DNA of 64,000 nt from Nanobdellota archaeon (lineage in GTDB: Archaea; Nanobdellota; Nanobdellia; Woesearchaeales; UBA583), in NCBI GenBank assembly GCA_022565615.1, contig JAIUMM010000004.1, positions 622 through 64,621 of the forward strand, written 5' to 3'. Under the pieces are notes generated by a model, which worked only from the letters and a program-made list of their open reading frames with translations, ran no database searches and was not told the DNA's origin. The position numbers and the translations under genes are program-made. Positions within the stretch are counted from its first letter, which is position 1. Every line of letters begins with the position of its first letter. This document shows positions 29,801 to 37,254 of the stretch, one piece after another.

Positions 29801-29823
29801 AAAATTAACTCATTAAATAACAT
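23842..29823 (-). CDS. Giant type-I membrane surface protein (1993 aa): helical-repeat Cys modules, sequon-dense beta region, poly-Gly hinge, TM, cytoplasmic coiled-coil tail
   Basis: ORF track. N-terminal signal/anchor VLILILTLILFLFISLINIF. Repeated x-a-Y-x-x-Y-x-x-T-G-N-x-x-Y-L-N-x-A helix pairs bracketed by Cys pairs (about 27310-29240). N-x-S/T-rich region (about 25500-27300). G8 run (25471-25494). TM region (about 24625-24750). Tail of roughly 260 aa. Confidence 0.8.
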   Translation of the reverse strand: MLFNELILKKSRVLIRVLILILTLILFLFISLINIFSTTSGYSALEFNSLEIDSQITGRVNIETPTFLNPELIMNYNNQNINYSFSINSQGEFVIPSQFVQYQGVYKFYIIDENLNRFPSEEGFIYKYINNNYDEFEENIINLISNDSLDPQFAKPNNSSFNSEFILFHVSEILKQSYNYHYYNSSQSMIFIESLINASWSTDGSCSESNFNCSSRNYQPTHDFYSAAQIQGEVISALWKSYKFTQIEILKDYAINFSNSNPLNGDCNFINLSFNCSYPKGQSAMINGYIDAYLGSGNDTYLNRAINFGNIASYDSSIDMIYPLTRLFELTQNESYLNRAYTSYQLNNNICESSCNVEDFNFVVKSSSKLFIHYEEYSYEWYSIKRWGLNVLSNPNVVLDCSDASDSNSSICINSQLQYNLLNSFDLLKNNFFNSNTYFYDIETFFLNNGDLNISFKKHSYVDNATLYFRDSQELLEPFIEFHINSSSNNIILNNSLINASSFYEFYFQINDVIRQPTQINYIISNPTEFIQLEEKTEDIVISNPLFFCNPFDFNFSASCRFEYMQAQYISALSLYYSRIDDDLTIFNAIRNLTSTQIDPQGDDSTCDPFSDDFNCEAVNTAFITNPLGKPAVVRATSLIDGYVNSFRVTQNSTHLNYALKFANNPVWEECNFLSNNFNCGEEGVYKSIKAYSNLYSITGNDIYKNWVQDLITESNNFDNSSNKYLSWLYYFELLDTSQRDEILIFIENNSQLCLDFNCSIEEFYTFKNLIWKSYQFYQEEFIFDLGNNLLNARPLSPQNYCDPNAPSSVSDRNRCEFPNQQAQLINSYTYALVNYVNLKAPELNITILIQNSTLNFNDLMEVSCRIQNIGNEALENSSAVLLTEQTLMNGNLVNPIIYLDFNSTIEFNYTLNLTYGGRNELRCGVSNFLGTLNYNVSNLGEVTNLTLKNLYVSQVNNEFFINLTNFYDFPLENLILNFSNVNFSITNSTQEAQLGSLSSEISLPFLNSNSFELISLNLSFEDDMEQFSNISLVTEFEGFNNFNISILTLMNSLNSSYEYDSSFNLFQLSIIEVEIINDKLVSLENISVFLNSNYSNISQVIDIYNISSNFITIANFTVSNLSLINENNNSNSSILNNYSQKLNLTFIPLSNLSELELFFTSPTGLNFSETITISIDTNILEFNFTNTSGLLESPTRVFYEIINPTPFTFFNISLESLFNNQTLNMSNILPPFTSTYFNESIAISVSNSTQNISQNSFNNMIQFGNESIVLEVNNTSPYSFVDLFFEFENISQELYFYINSSSLTNTSTSFIIDNQRDITNEIISCGIGIFCRVNSNFLDLKTNFTLRIELEYESNDSTLELFNISSNSLYEIRNFSGSIINSTSVLIDSINASSSVIISKEITLLQSVNEVPVSINYQFSNLSFIGEDSFIFSRITPPSSNSGGGGGGGGSSTVDFELPILEDNSSNQENISDIDEGDDLILLRYFSYEPLYLISDFLIDNQTRNNNANENNSNIRDNTTVELFNYLNSKSILKLDENYLISLINTCIDVERYIFENKSQKNSLIVDVQISNSCEFKIQDIYIKENILNLYDEITFLENEFNVEHLKLVNMSFLYSKLIDANSQIYLRYELEKNHILQTRNIDIQNLNELEKNTLLDNILEEEFSNLYLITFDMSHLDFINNNYENRFSKLDNILLLISILISSLVLKYIFLIVFLILFILSSTYLGTMIIIKRDQIYIYLFKNYLEKKRDKFISNSNILSSNETRGIMNSINLRIVRIEQLISKKDLSQGEEEFNSLVVFYNKNYHFLNLNRSELKQASFIFTKMSELQVFFKNYSKNNSSKKISTPLRDTKQEINNYSKHNKIKSNPELNNSSQSSNSTVSTVPNSVPKENDEEDENKNLELDVFIQINKIKQLNKDLKLDEAEELIKRVKRRVDQISETKNFEKVYLLEKIEEVEKMTQHLLDSSYSYKISKSLNSIKDSVLEKLGKKE

Positions 29824-29979
29824 GAATAATTATAATTGAAAATTTGTTTTTAATAATTTTAGGTTTATCTCAAGAGTTGTTATAAAAAAATTATGTTTGA
29901 AATTATTTATTAACGAGTTAAGAAATTAAAAAAATTGATTTTAAGTAAATAATAATGCAGTTATTAACTTAATTTTAAT

Positions 29980-31572
29980 TTAATTTAATTTAGAAATTTT
30001 TTTTAAATAATTAATAAAAGCAGTTATAACTTCTTCTCTTGCATATTCAACAAATTTAACTGAACCTGCATGTTCATGACCTCCTCCTTCTGCTCCTGTA
30101 TGAGATAATTCTTTACTCAAAATATCTGTACAAAATTCAGGAATGCTAAGACCTTTAATATCATCTCCAACTCTAATTGTTAAAAATGTTGAACCACTAG
30201 TCATTGTAATTACTGGTTTATTTAATTCTTCTTCAAACATTGCATGAATTAAATTTGTACTTTTTCCAACAGCTGGATATTGTCCTCTTGCCGTTCCTTT
30301 TTCCCCATCAAATTGAACTACATAAAATGGACCAAAATCTTCAACACTTGCGTATTGTTTTCCAATTTTTCTAGTTTTAGTATATAATTTTTCAATTTCT
30401 GGATACACTAAATTTACAATTTCTTTTTGAACGACTAAATTATTTCCAAAAATATCATCAAAAAATTCTCTTGCTTCTCCAAATCTCATATAATGAGATT
30501 GTAAATAGATTAAATCACCTAATTTTTCCATAAATTGAGTTGTATAGCCTTCTTTTTGAGCAAGTTCAACATATGTTTTCAACTCTAATCCATCAACATG
30601 ATCTAAAAGTCCAGCCATTGCAGGAATCATAACAGAGTTGTTATTGTCTTCATAAATAAATCTAGCAAGTTCGTACCCTAGCATTCCCGAACACACATTT
30701 GAATCAAATCCTTCTAAATAAGGATTAATATGACCATCAATAAAATAATCAACTTCAACATTACCATTTTCATCTTTTTCACCAGGATAGTGGTGATCTA
30801 TTACAACAATTGGACAATTATACAATTTCATTTGTTTATATGCAAAGATATCCTCATTAGTTGAACCATTATCAGTTACAATTACAAGAGGTTCTTTTGC
30901 ACCATTTTTCACCATATCTTTGAGCATCATTGAAACATCTTTTACAGCATCTTCATATTCATAAAAAGGTGCTCTTGAAGGAGCTCTTCTAAATAAATTA
31001 TACCTAGACATAACATCTCCTCCTGTACATTCATCCATAAATTTTAAAATTGCTCTTTCTAAACAAATTGCAGAAGAGTATCCATCACAATCTGCATCAT
31101 GTCTTAAAATAATTGGTCTTCTTTGGGCAACTGCTTTTCTAATAATACTTGCTACATGTAGAAATCTTGGTTTTAAAGCTTCAAGAACAGGACTTTGAAT
31201 TGTGAGTTCAATATCTTTTGCTTGAAATCTCTCTTCTTCTTTTTTTTCAATATATTCTTCAAAATCAGCTACATGTTCTTGAGAAATTTTTTTCATACTT
31301 CTCACTTCTCCTTCAATGCTACCTTGACGCTCACTCACTCTATATTCAACTTCTACTACATCCCCTAATTCACATTCAGGAAATGCTCTCTCACCTGGTT
31401 TAATAAACGCTTTAAATGTAAAAGATTGAGTTGAATCCATTAAAACCATAAGTGTTGGACCTGATGTTTGTTTAACAGTTTCAATTCTTCCAACACTTAC
31501 GTATGATTTTGAAATATCACCGTGTGATAAGTCACTAAATGGTTTAAATTTTTTAAAATCTAAATTACTCAT
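29980..31572 (-). CDS. Archaeal RecJ/Cdc45-like DHH phosphoesterase (GAN-like nuclease) with N-terminal OB-like domain
   Basis: DHH-family motifs ILRHDADCDGYSSAI, VIVTDNGS, VVIDHHYP, GGGHEHAG. Start set at MSNLDFKKF (ATG 31570-31572), which has CTTTATAAATAAAT about 25 nt upstream. The track's 24 extra hydrophobic residues read through the divergent promoter. Confidence 0.8.
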   Translation of the reverse strand: MSNLDFKKFKPFSDLSHGDISKSYVSVGRIETVKQTSGPTLMVLMDSTQSFTFKAFIKPGERAFPECELGDVVEVEYRVSERQGSIEGEVRSMKKISQEHVADFEEYIEKKEEERFQAKDIELTIQSPVLEALKPRFLHVASIIRKAVAQRRPIILRHDADCDGYSSAICLERAILKFMDECTGGDVMSRYNLFRRAPSRAPFYEYEDAVKDVSMMLKDMVKNGAKEPLVIVTDNGSTNEDIFAYKQMKLYNCPIVVIDHHYPGEKDENGNVEVDYFIDGHINPYLEGFDSNVCSGMLGYELARFIYEDNNNSVMIPAMAGLLDHVDGLELKTYVELAQKEGYTTQFMEKLGDLIYLQSHYMRFGEAREFFDDIFGNNLVVQKEIVNLVYPEIEKLYTKTRKIGKQYASVEDFGPFYVVQFDGEKGTARGQYPAVGKSTNLIHAMFEEELNKPVITMTSGSTFLTIRVGDDIKGLSIPEFCTDILSKELSHTGAEGGGHEHAGSVKFVEYAREEVITAFINYLKKISKLN

Positions 31573-31685
31573 ATTATATATCAATTTGTATTTATTTATA
31601 AAGAGATAGTATATGAAGAATAGAAAAATAAGATAACTACTCAACTAATAATTTATAAATTAGTATAAATTAGTATTAAATAGAT
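31573..31685. promoter_or_regulatory. Divergent promoter spacer (RecJ-like <-> aRF1) with a TATA-like box about 25-30 nt from each ATG
   Basis: taataatttataaatta lies upstream of aRF1 ATG 31686. The reverse complement ctttataaataaat lies upstream of ATG 31572. Spacing is consistent with short or leaderless archaeal transcripts. Confidence 0.4.
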
Positions 31686-32789
31686 ATGTCAATTAATATT
31701 ACTGAAAAGATCAAACTCAATAAACTTATTAAGCAATTAAAAGGATATAGAGGAAGACACACTGAATTTGTATCAGTGTATGTTCCTTCTGGATATGATT
31801 TGACTAAAATTGCTCAAAGTTTAGCTGATGAGAAAGGAACAGCTACAAATATTAAAGATCAAAAAACTTCAAAAGCAGTTCAAACAGCTCTTGAGAGAAT
31901 GATACAAACATTAAGAGTTATCGATAAAACTCCTGAAAATGGACTTGCAATATTTAGTGGAAATATTTCTGATAGAGATAATATTGATAAATATGAAATT
32001 TTTTGGATAGAACCACCTGAACCTTTAAATTTAAAATTATATAGATGTGATCAGAAATTTATTCTTGATCCCCTTGAAGAAATTGCTGCAAATGAGACAA
32101 CATATGGTTTAATTGCAATTGATAAAAGTGAAGCAACTGTTGGGATATTAATTGGTTCAAGTATTAAAGTTGTAAGAAACTTAAATTCAACAGTTCCTGG
32201 TAAATTTAAAACAGGTGGTCAATCAGCTCAACGTTTTGCAAGAATTCGTGAAGGAGCAGCAGTTGAGTTTTATAAAAGAGTAGCAGATGTTGCTCATGGT
32301 GAATTTACCTATATGAAAGAACTTAAAGGAATTATTGTAGGAGGACCTGGAACTACAAAAAATAATTTTGTAGATGGAGATTATTTAAATGGACAAATGA
32401 AAAATTTAGTACTTGGAATTAAAGATATTACATACACAAATCCTCATGGTTTACATGAACTTGTTGAAATTTCACATGATTTACTAAGAGATACAGAAGT
32501 AATGGTTGAGAAACAAACAATTGGTGAATTTTTAGAAACTCTTGGAAAAACTCCAAATATGGCTGTATATGGAAAAAAAGAAACTAAACTTGCATTAGAA
32601 ATGGGGGCAGTTGGAAGACTAATTATTAGTGATGATGCTCTTGAAGATGAAGAACTTGAAGAATTTACTAAACTGCATGAAGAAACGAGTTGTGATTTTC
32701 AATTTGTAACATCTAAAACATCAGAAGGGCAGCAATTTAAAGCAATAGGTGGAGTAGGAGGAATATTAAGATATCCCATTTCTAGTTAA
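31686..32789 (+). CDS. prf1: Peptide chain release factor aRF1
   Basis: GGQ motif KFKTGGQSAQRFARIRE, YxCxxxF motif LYRCDQKFILDPL, NIKS-loop region GTATNIKDQKTSKAVQ, C-terminus GGVGGILRY. Confidence 0.92.
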   Translation: MSINITEKIKLNKLIKQLKGYRGRHTEFVSVYVPSGYDLTKIAQSLADEKGTATNIKDQKTSKAVQTALERMIQTLRVIDKTPENGLAIFSGNISDRDNIDKYEIFWIEPPEPLNLKLYRCDQKFILDPLEEIAANETTYGLIAIDKSEATVGILIGSSIKVVRNLNSTVPGKFKTGGQSAQRFARIREGAAVEFYKRVADVAHGEFTYMKELKGIIVGGPGTTKNNFVDGDYLNGQMKNLVLGIKDITYTNPHGLHELVEISHDLLRDTEVMVEKQTIGEFLETLGKTPNMAVYGKKETKLALEMGAVGRLIISDDALEDEELEEFTKLHEETSCDFQFVTSKTSEGQQFKAIGGVGGILRYPISS

Positions 32790-32863
32790 AATAAAATAAT
32801 TTTATTCTAAAAAATATAATTTTATGAAATATTTTCCATTAGATGTTGAAAAATAAAAATAAT

Positions 32864-33424
32864 TTACTCAACTACTACTGTAATTGATTGTGTATAATTT
32901 CTAGCAAAAGTCGGATCTTGCCAATTAAAAGTTAAAAAATAATTACCTGATGGAGTCCCTCCCCCAACTGAAACAATCATTCTAAACGAATTTGTCTGGG
33001 AAGCATCAAGTCTTAAAGGATTAAGTTCAACTCGAAAGTTTGCATTTGCAGCATTACTTCCTGTAATATTATAAAAAAACCTTCCAGGAGTAGTACCAAG
33101 TACCCCTCCTGCAAAAATTCCTTCTACAGCTTCAGAAGTTGGATTCTCCATTTTCATAAATATAGTCCTACTACCACCTCTTGATAATGTAAACTGACTA
33201 GGTTGTACCACAAAATTACCCTGTTCATTTTGAATTTCTCTTAGTCTTTGCTCTTCTGCATCTGATAATGTATCACCAATTCCTCCTACTGCTTCATTTA
33301 GAAAATTAGTTACAAATGCGATAATTAATCCCATTACTGTTAAACCAATTACAAGCATGATGATTAAATTTAGAGACATTTCAACTGCTCCTTTTTTCTT
33401 TAAATTAAAATTTTTCATAATCAT
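32864..33424 (-). CDS. Small archaeal type IV pilin-like protein (class III signal peptide)
   Basis: MIMKNFNLKKKGAVEMSLNLIIMLVIGLTVMGLIIAFVTNFL: basic n-region ending KKG, then a hydrophobic helix, followed by a roughly 130-aa beta-rich globular part. Confidence 0.6.
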   Translation of the reverse strand: MIMKNFNLKKKGAVEMSLNLIIMLVIGLTVMGLIIAFVTNFLNEAVGGIGDTLSDAEEQRLREIQNEQGNFVVQPSQFTLSRGGSRTIFMKMENPTSEAVEGIFAGGVLGTTPGRFFYNITGSNAANANFRVELNPLRLDASQTNSFRMIVSVGGGTPSGNYFLTFNWQDPTFARNYTQSITVVVE

Positions 33425-33596
33425 AATTAAAATATTAAACTCTTTGATTAATAAATTTTTATAGTACGTAGAAGTAGTAGTATGCTCAAATTATATCTAA
33501 ATTACATCTTATTTTGTAGTTATTTTAAATTTAACTCTTATTTATTACTTACTAAGTAAAGATAAATATTAAATTAAATTTTAATTAAAAATTATT

Positions 33597-34151
33597 ATGA
33601 ATATTAATATCAACCATGAGTTAGATAGAATAAGAGGTTCCTTTTCTAAAGTTAAAGAAGATTTAATGCATATCTCTTCACAAGTACATGAAGCATATGA
33701 AGATATGATGAAAAAACATGAGCTTCTAAGAAGTGAGGTGAGTTTTTTATCCTCACAAGTCAAGGGATTTCAACATACAATCTTAAATCAAAAAAATTCA
33801 AATTCTGATTCTTCAATACATAAACCTCAAATTGATTTTTTAAAATCTACGATTAAAGATTTAAAAAGTGAAGTAAGTGAAGCTCAAAGAATTCACAATC
33901 AATTAACTACTGATATTAATCATTTAAAAAAACATAAAATTGAATCTAGAGAATTACAAGGAATGCATGAAAAAATTCATACTACTGAACTTGAAGTATT
34001 TTTACTTAAAGAAAGAATGCTTGAAAAAGATATTGAAATCAAACAACTCAGAGAAATGAGTAAAAAATTATTTGAAATTGTAGAAGATTTATCAAGTGTT
34101 GAGATGCATATTGTTGAAAATAAAGAACTTACTAGAAAAGTTCACACATAA
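33597..34151 (+). CDS. Coiled-coil hypothetical protein (184 aa)
   Basis: ORF track. Charged heptad-like sequence throughout, no motif. Confidence 0.45.
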   Translation: MNININHELDRIRGSFSKVKEDLMHISSQVHEAYEDMMKKHELLRSEVSFLSSQVKGFQHTILNQKNSNSDSSIHKPQIDFLKSTIKDLKSEVSEAQRIHNQLTTDINHLKKHKIESRELQGMHEKIHTTELEVFLLKERMLEKDIEIKQLREMSKKLFEIVEDLSSVEMHIVENKELTRKVHT

Positions 34152-34190
34152 ATAGAATTTTAAACTACAAATAACAAAATATCTTAAAAA

Positions 34191-34997
34191 ATGGAATTTA
34201 AAGAAAAAAAACGAATTACTTCAAATCAGAAAAAATATCATTCTCAAAATATTCATTATGCTAGAGAATTTGTAAAACAAATTATTACTGAGATGAGAGA
34301 TACAATTCGTTCATGTGTATTATTTGGTTCAAATGCACATAACACGCTTGATAAAAATTCTGATATTGATGTATTAATTGTTCTTGATAATGTGTCTGTA
34401 TATGTAACTCCTGAATTAAGAGAAGCATATGAGATTATTGTAAAAAAACTTGTCTCCCAAATAAATCCTAAATTACATATTATGAGTATTAATTTGTCTG
34501 ACATATGGGACATGGCTAGAAAAGGTGATCCTTTATTTATTAATATTTTAAGACATGGTGTTTGCTTATATGATAAAGATATTATTGAACCTATGCAATA
34601 TCTACTTGAAATTGGGAAAATTAGACCTACAACAGAGAGTATTTTAAACTTTAAAGCAAGAAGTGAGCAGTTAATGGTTGATTTTCATACTCACTTAGAG
34701 AATGCATATTTTGATTTATATTATGCTCTTGTTGATGGAGTTCATAGTGTATTAATGGCCCATGAAATTACACCTCCCTCTCCTAAAGAAATGGCCCAAA
34801 TTGTAGCACATACTATTACTTCTAAAAAAGGTAAAGAATTATCTCAAAGTTTAAAAAATGTCTATGAGAGAATGAAACAAATTGAACATAGATTAGGCGG
34901 TAGAATTGATTGTAAAGAATTAGAGAAAACTCAAAAACTCGTTGAAAAACAACTCAATTTTTGTTATGAATTAATTAATAACAAATTAAAAAATTAA
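34191..34997 (+). CDS. Pol-beta-superfamily nucleotidyltransferase with C-terminal helical (HEPN-like) domain
   Basis: CVLFGSNAHNTLDKNSDIDVLIVLD is the minimal-NTase G-S...D-x-D motif. The C-terminal roughly 130 aa are all-helical. The HEPN assignment is tentative. Confidence 0.6.
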   Translation: MEFKEKKRITSNQKKYHSQNIHYAREFVKQIITEMRDTIRSCVLFGSNAHNTLDKNSDIDVLIVLDNVSVYVTPELREAYEIIVKKLVSQINPKLHIMSINLSDIWDMARKGDPLFINILRHGVCLYDKDIIEPMQYLLEIGKIRPTTESILNFKARSEQLMVDFHTHLENAYFDLYYALVDGVHSVLMAHEITPPSPKEMAQIVAHTITSKKGKELSQSLKNVYERMKQIEHRLGGRIDCKELEKTQKLVEKQLNFCYELINNKLKN

Positions 34998-35077
34998 AGA
35001 ATATTTAAGTAATAAATTTCTTGCACTTTGCAATGAATCTTAAACTATTTAAAACATAAGTTCTTCATATTATATAC

Positions 35078-35683
35078 ATGGTAACATTTCAAAAAGATAC
35101 ACTTGAATATGAATATTCAGTATTAGAACCTTATATTGATAAGGAAACAATGCAAATTCATTATGAAAAACATCATCAAGCATATTGTGATAAATTAAAC
35201 GCTGCTCTTGAGAGTATAGATAAAGACCCACAAACTTTAGAAGAAATTTTTGAAACTATCTCTGAGTATCCAACTGGTGTTAGAAATAATGCTGGAGGAG
35301 TTTGGAATCATAATTTTTTTTGGAAGAGTATGTGTGAGAATGGTTCAACTCTAAGTGATGAATTTAAAAGTAAACTTGAAGAGAGTTTTGGAAGTATTGA
35401 AAAGTTTGAAGAAGAATTTACTCAAAAAGCACTTAATCAATTTGGCTCAGGTTGGGCTTGGTTAATTAAACTTGAAGATGGAAGTTTACAAATTACTTCT
35501 ACTGCTAATCAAGATAATCCCTTAATGAGAGATGTTGTTGAAATAAGTGGAACTCCGTTACTAGGAGTTGATGTATGGGAACACGCATATTATTTAAAAT
35601 ATCAAAATAAAAGACCTGATTATGTAAAAGCATTTTTTAATGTAGTAAATTGGGAAGAAGTTGAGAGAAGATACAATAAATAG
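35078..35683 (+). CDS. sod: Fe/Mn superoxide dismutase
   Basis: YSVLEPYIDKETMQIHYEKHHQAY, FGSGWAWL, GVDVWEHAYYLKYQNKRPDYV (canonical D-x-W-E-H-A-Y-Y). Confidence 0.92.
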   Translation: MVTFQKDTLEYEYSVLEPYIDKETMQIHYEKHHQAYCDKLNAALESIDKDPQTLEEIFETISEYPTGVRNNAGGVWNHNFFWKSMCENGSTLSDEFKSKLEESFGSIEKFEEEFTQKALNQFGSGWAWLIKLEDGSLQITSTANQDNPLMRDVVEISGTPLLGVDVWEHAYYLKYQNKRPDYVKAFFNVVNWEEVERRYNK

Positions 35684-35690
35684 TTTTGGT

Positions 35691-36317
35691 TTAAAAATTA
35701 AAACTAACTCCAAGTATTTTTAAAATAATTATAGAATTTGAAAAACGACAATCAGTAGAATTTTTTCCAAACATATTTTCATATTTTTTTTTTAAATCTT
35801 TATATTTCAAATCACTATTATCAAATAAAAATTTTAAATTTTCATAATTCGTTGATTTTACACCGTTTAAACCTTCTCCAGTTCTTATTTTAATTTTTCC
35901 AAAACTAATTTCTTCAATGAAACCATATTTTTTATTAGAATAATTCTCTAATTTTAAACCTACTTTTATTTTCCTATCTAACTGAATTAATACTTTATTC
36001 CAAGTTAAATCATTTTTTTTAAGAAGTTTATTCTCTTTATTTTGATTAAGATTAAATTTTTTAAATATAACTTTTCCTTCTAATAGTAAGGAAGTTATCA
36101 CCTTATAGTCTACATTTAACCATCCTTCTTTTGATTGTACATGTCCTTTCTCAGAACTATCATTACTCCACCAAATTAATTTGTGATGATTTCTAGCAGA
36201 GTTGGGTAATTTTTTTCCGATAATCTCTTCAATCTCTTCAAAACTTAATATGATTTCATTTTCATTACTAAGAGAAAGATATACTGATAATTTATTATAA
36301 TTTTTTTTTCTAATCAT
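35691..36317 (-). CDS. Hypothetical protein (208 aa)
   Basis: ORF track. N-terminal LSFEEIEEIIGKKLPNSARNHHKLIWWSND looks like a small conserved module, but I cannot name the family. Confidence 0.45.
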   Translation of the reverse strand: MIRKKNYNKLSVYLSLSNENEIILSFEEIEEIIGKKLPNSARNHHKLIWWSNDSSEKGHVQSKEGWLNVDYKVITSLLLEGKVIFKKFNLNQNKENKLLKKNDLTWNKVLIQLDRKIKVGLKLENYSNKKYGFIEEISFGKIKIRTGEGLNGVKSTNYENLKFLFDNSDLKYKDLKKKYENMFGKNSTDCRFSNSIIILKILGVSFNF

Positions 36318-36413
36318 ATTATTCTATAAATAACTATAATTTTAAAAAGGTTCGCCTTTTTAACCTTTTATTTCAGTTTTATCTAAATTAGTAATAAAGT
36401 ATAAATTCCAAAT

Positions 36414-36650
36414 CTAAATACTTTTTTTAATAAATTCAAATCTTGAAATAGTTTGTCCTTTAAATTTAATTTTCTCAAAAAACATTTCCTTTGGCCTCAC
36501 CCATAGTGAATTATTTCCAAATTCTTGTGAATCATATAATGCTTTATATACAACTAATTCTTCAAGTGTTTCGCTATGTCTTGCAACTCCAAGTACTTCA
36601 TACTCTTTTCCTTTGTAATGTTTATAGATTCCAAGTTTAATTTGATTCAT
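36414..36650 (-). CDS. DUF1653-like small protein
   Basis: GIYKHYKGKEYEVLGVARHSETLEELVVYKALY...LWVRPKEMF follows the YxHYKGxxY...vvY..ly...wvRP pattern of DUF1653. Confidence 0.6.
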   Translation of the reverse strand: MNQIKLGIYKHYKGKEYEVLGVARHSETLEELVVYKALYDSQEFGNNSLWVRPKEMFFEKIKFKGQTISRFEFIKKSI

Positions 36651-36703
36651 ATCTATAAAAGAAGAATAAGTTTATATAATAGTTTTGATAATTTTTAATA
36701 TAA

Positions 36704-37069
36704 GTGAAATCTCTTTCAATTATTACTAAACTTAAAATTCTCTTTACAATAAAATTACTTGTTGGAACCATTATGATTATTTTTTTAGATATAATTTTAG
36801 GCATCTTAATTTTAATTGCAGGAGTTATTACTATAATTTACTTAATAAAAATAAAAACTGAAAAATTTTCTAAACAAAAACAATTAGTTGCTCAATTACA
36901 TATTATTATTGGAATACTAATGCTCATTGGAGCAGTAGTATTTTTTACATTATATCAATCCATAAATGATATTAGAGTCATTATTAAAACAATAATTGGA
37001 TTCATATTGCTCATAAAAGGAGGATATGAAATGTATAAATCAAATAGAAAAGTGAAAGAAAAGTTTTAG
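36704..37069 (+). CDS. Small membrane protein (GTG start)
   Basis: ORF track; 3-4 hydrophobic helices. Confidence 0.4.
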   Translation: MKSLSIITKLKILFTIKLLVGTIMIIFLDIILGILILIAGVITIIYLIKIKTEKFSKQKQLVAQLHIIIGILMLIGAVVFFTLYQSINDIRVIIKTIIGFILLIKGGYEMYKSNRKVKEKF

Positions 37070-37254
37070 TTATCATTAAATTATCATTATTAATCTAACA
37101 TTGATTAACAAAACTATCTTGATTATTTATACATATATAACTTCTATTTTATACTCATTATTTAAAATAAATATGATTGATAAACTAAATTTGATTTAAT
37201 TTCTCTTCTACTTAACACAAAATTATTTAAATTATTATGAGTTAAAATATATAG

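Noticed and set aside
29980-31644. Track start of the RecJ-like ORF at 31644 (and of grpE at 6938).
   Set aside because: The extra N-terminal residues are hydrophobic nonsense that reads through TATA-containing intergenic spacers. Internal ATGs at 31572 and 6881 have properly spaced TATA-like boxes.
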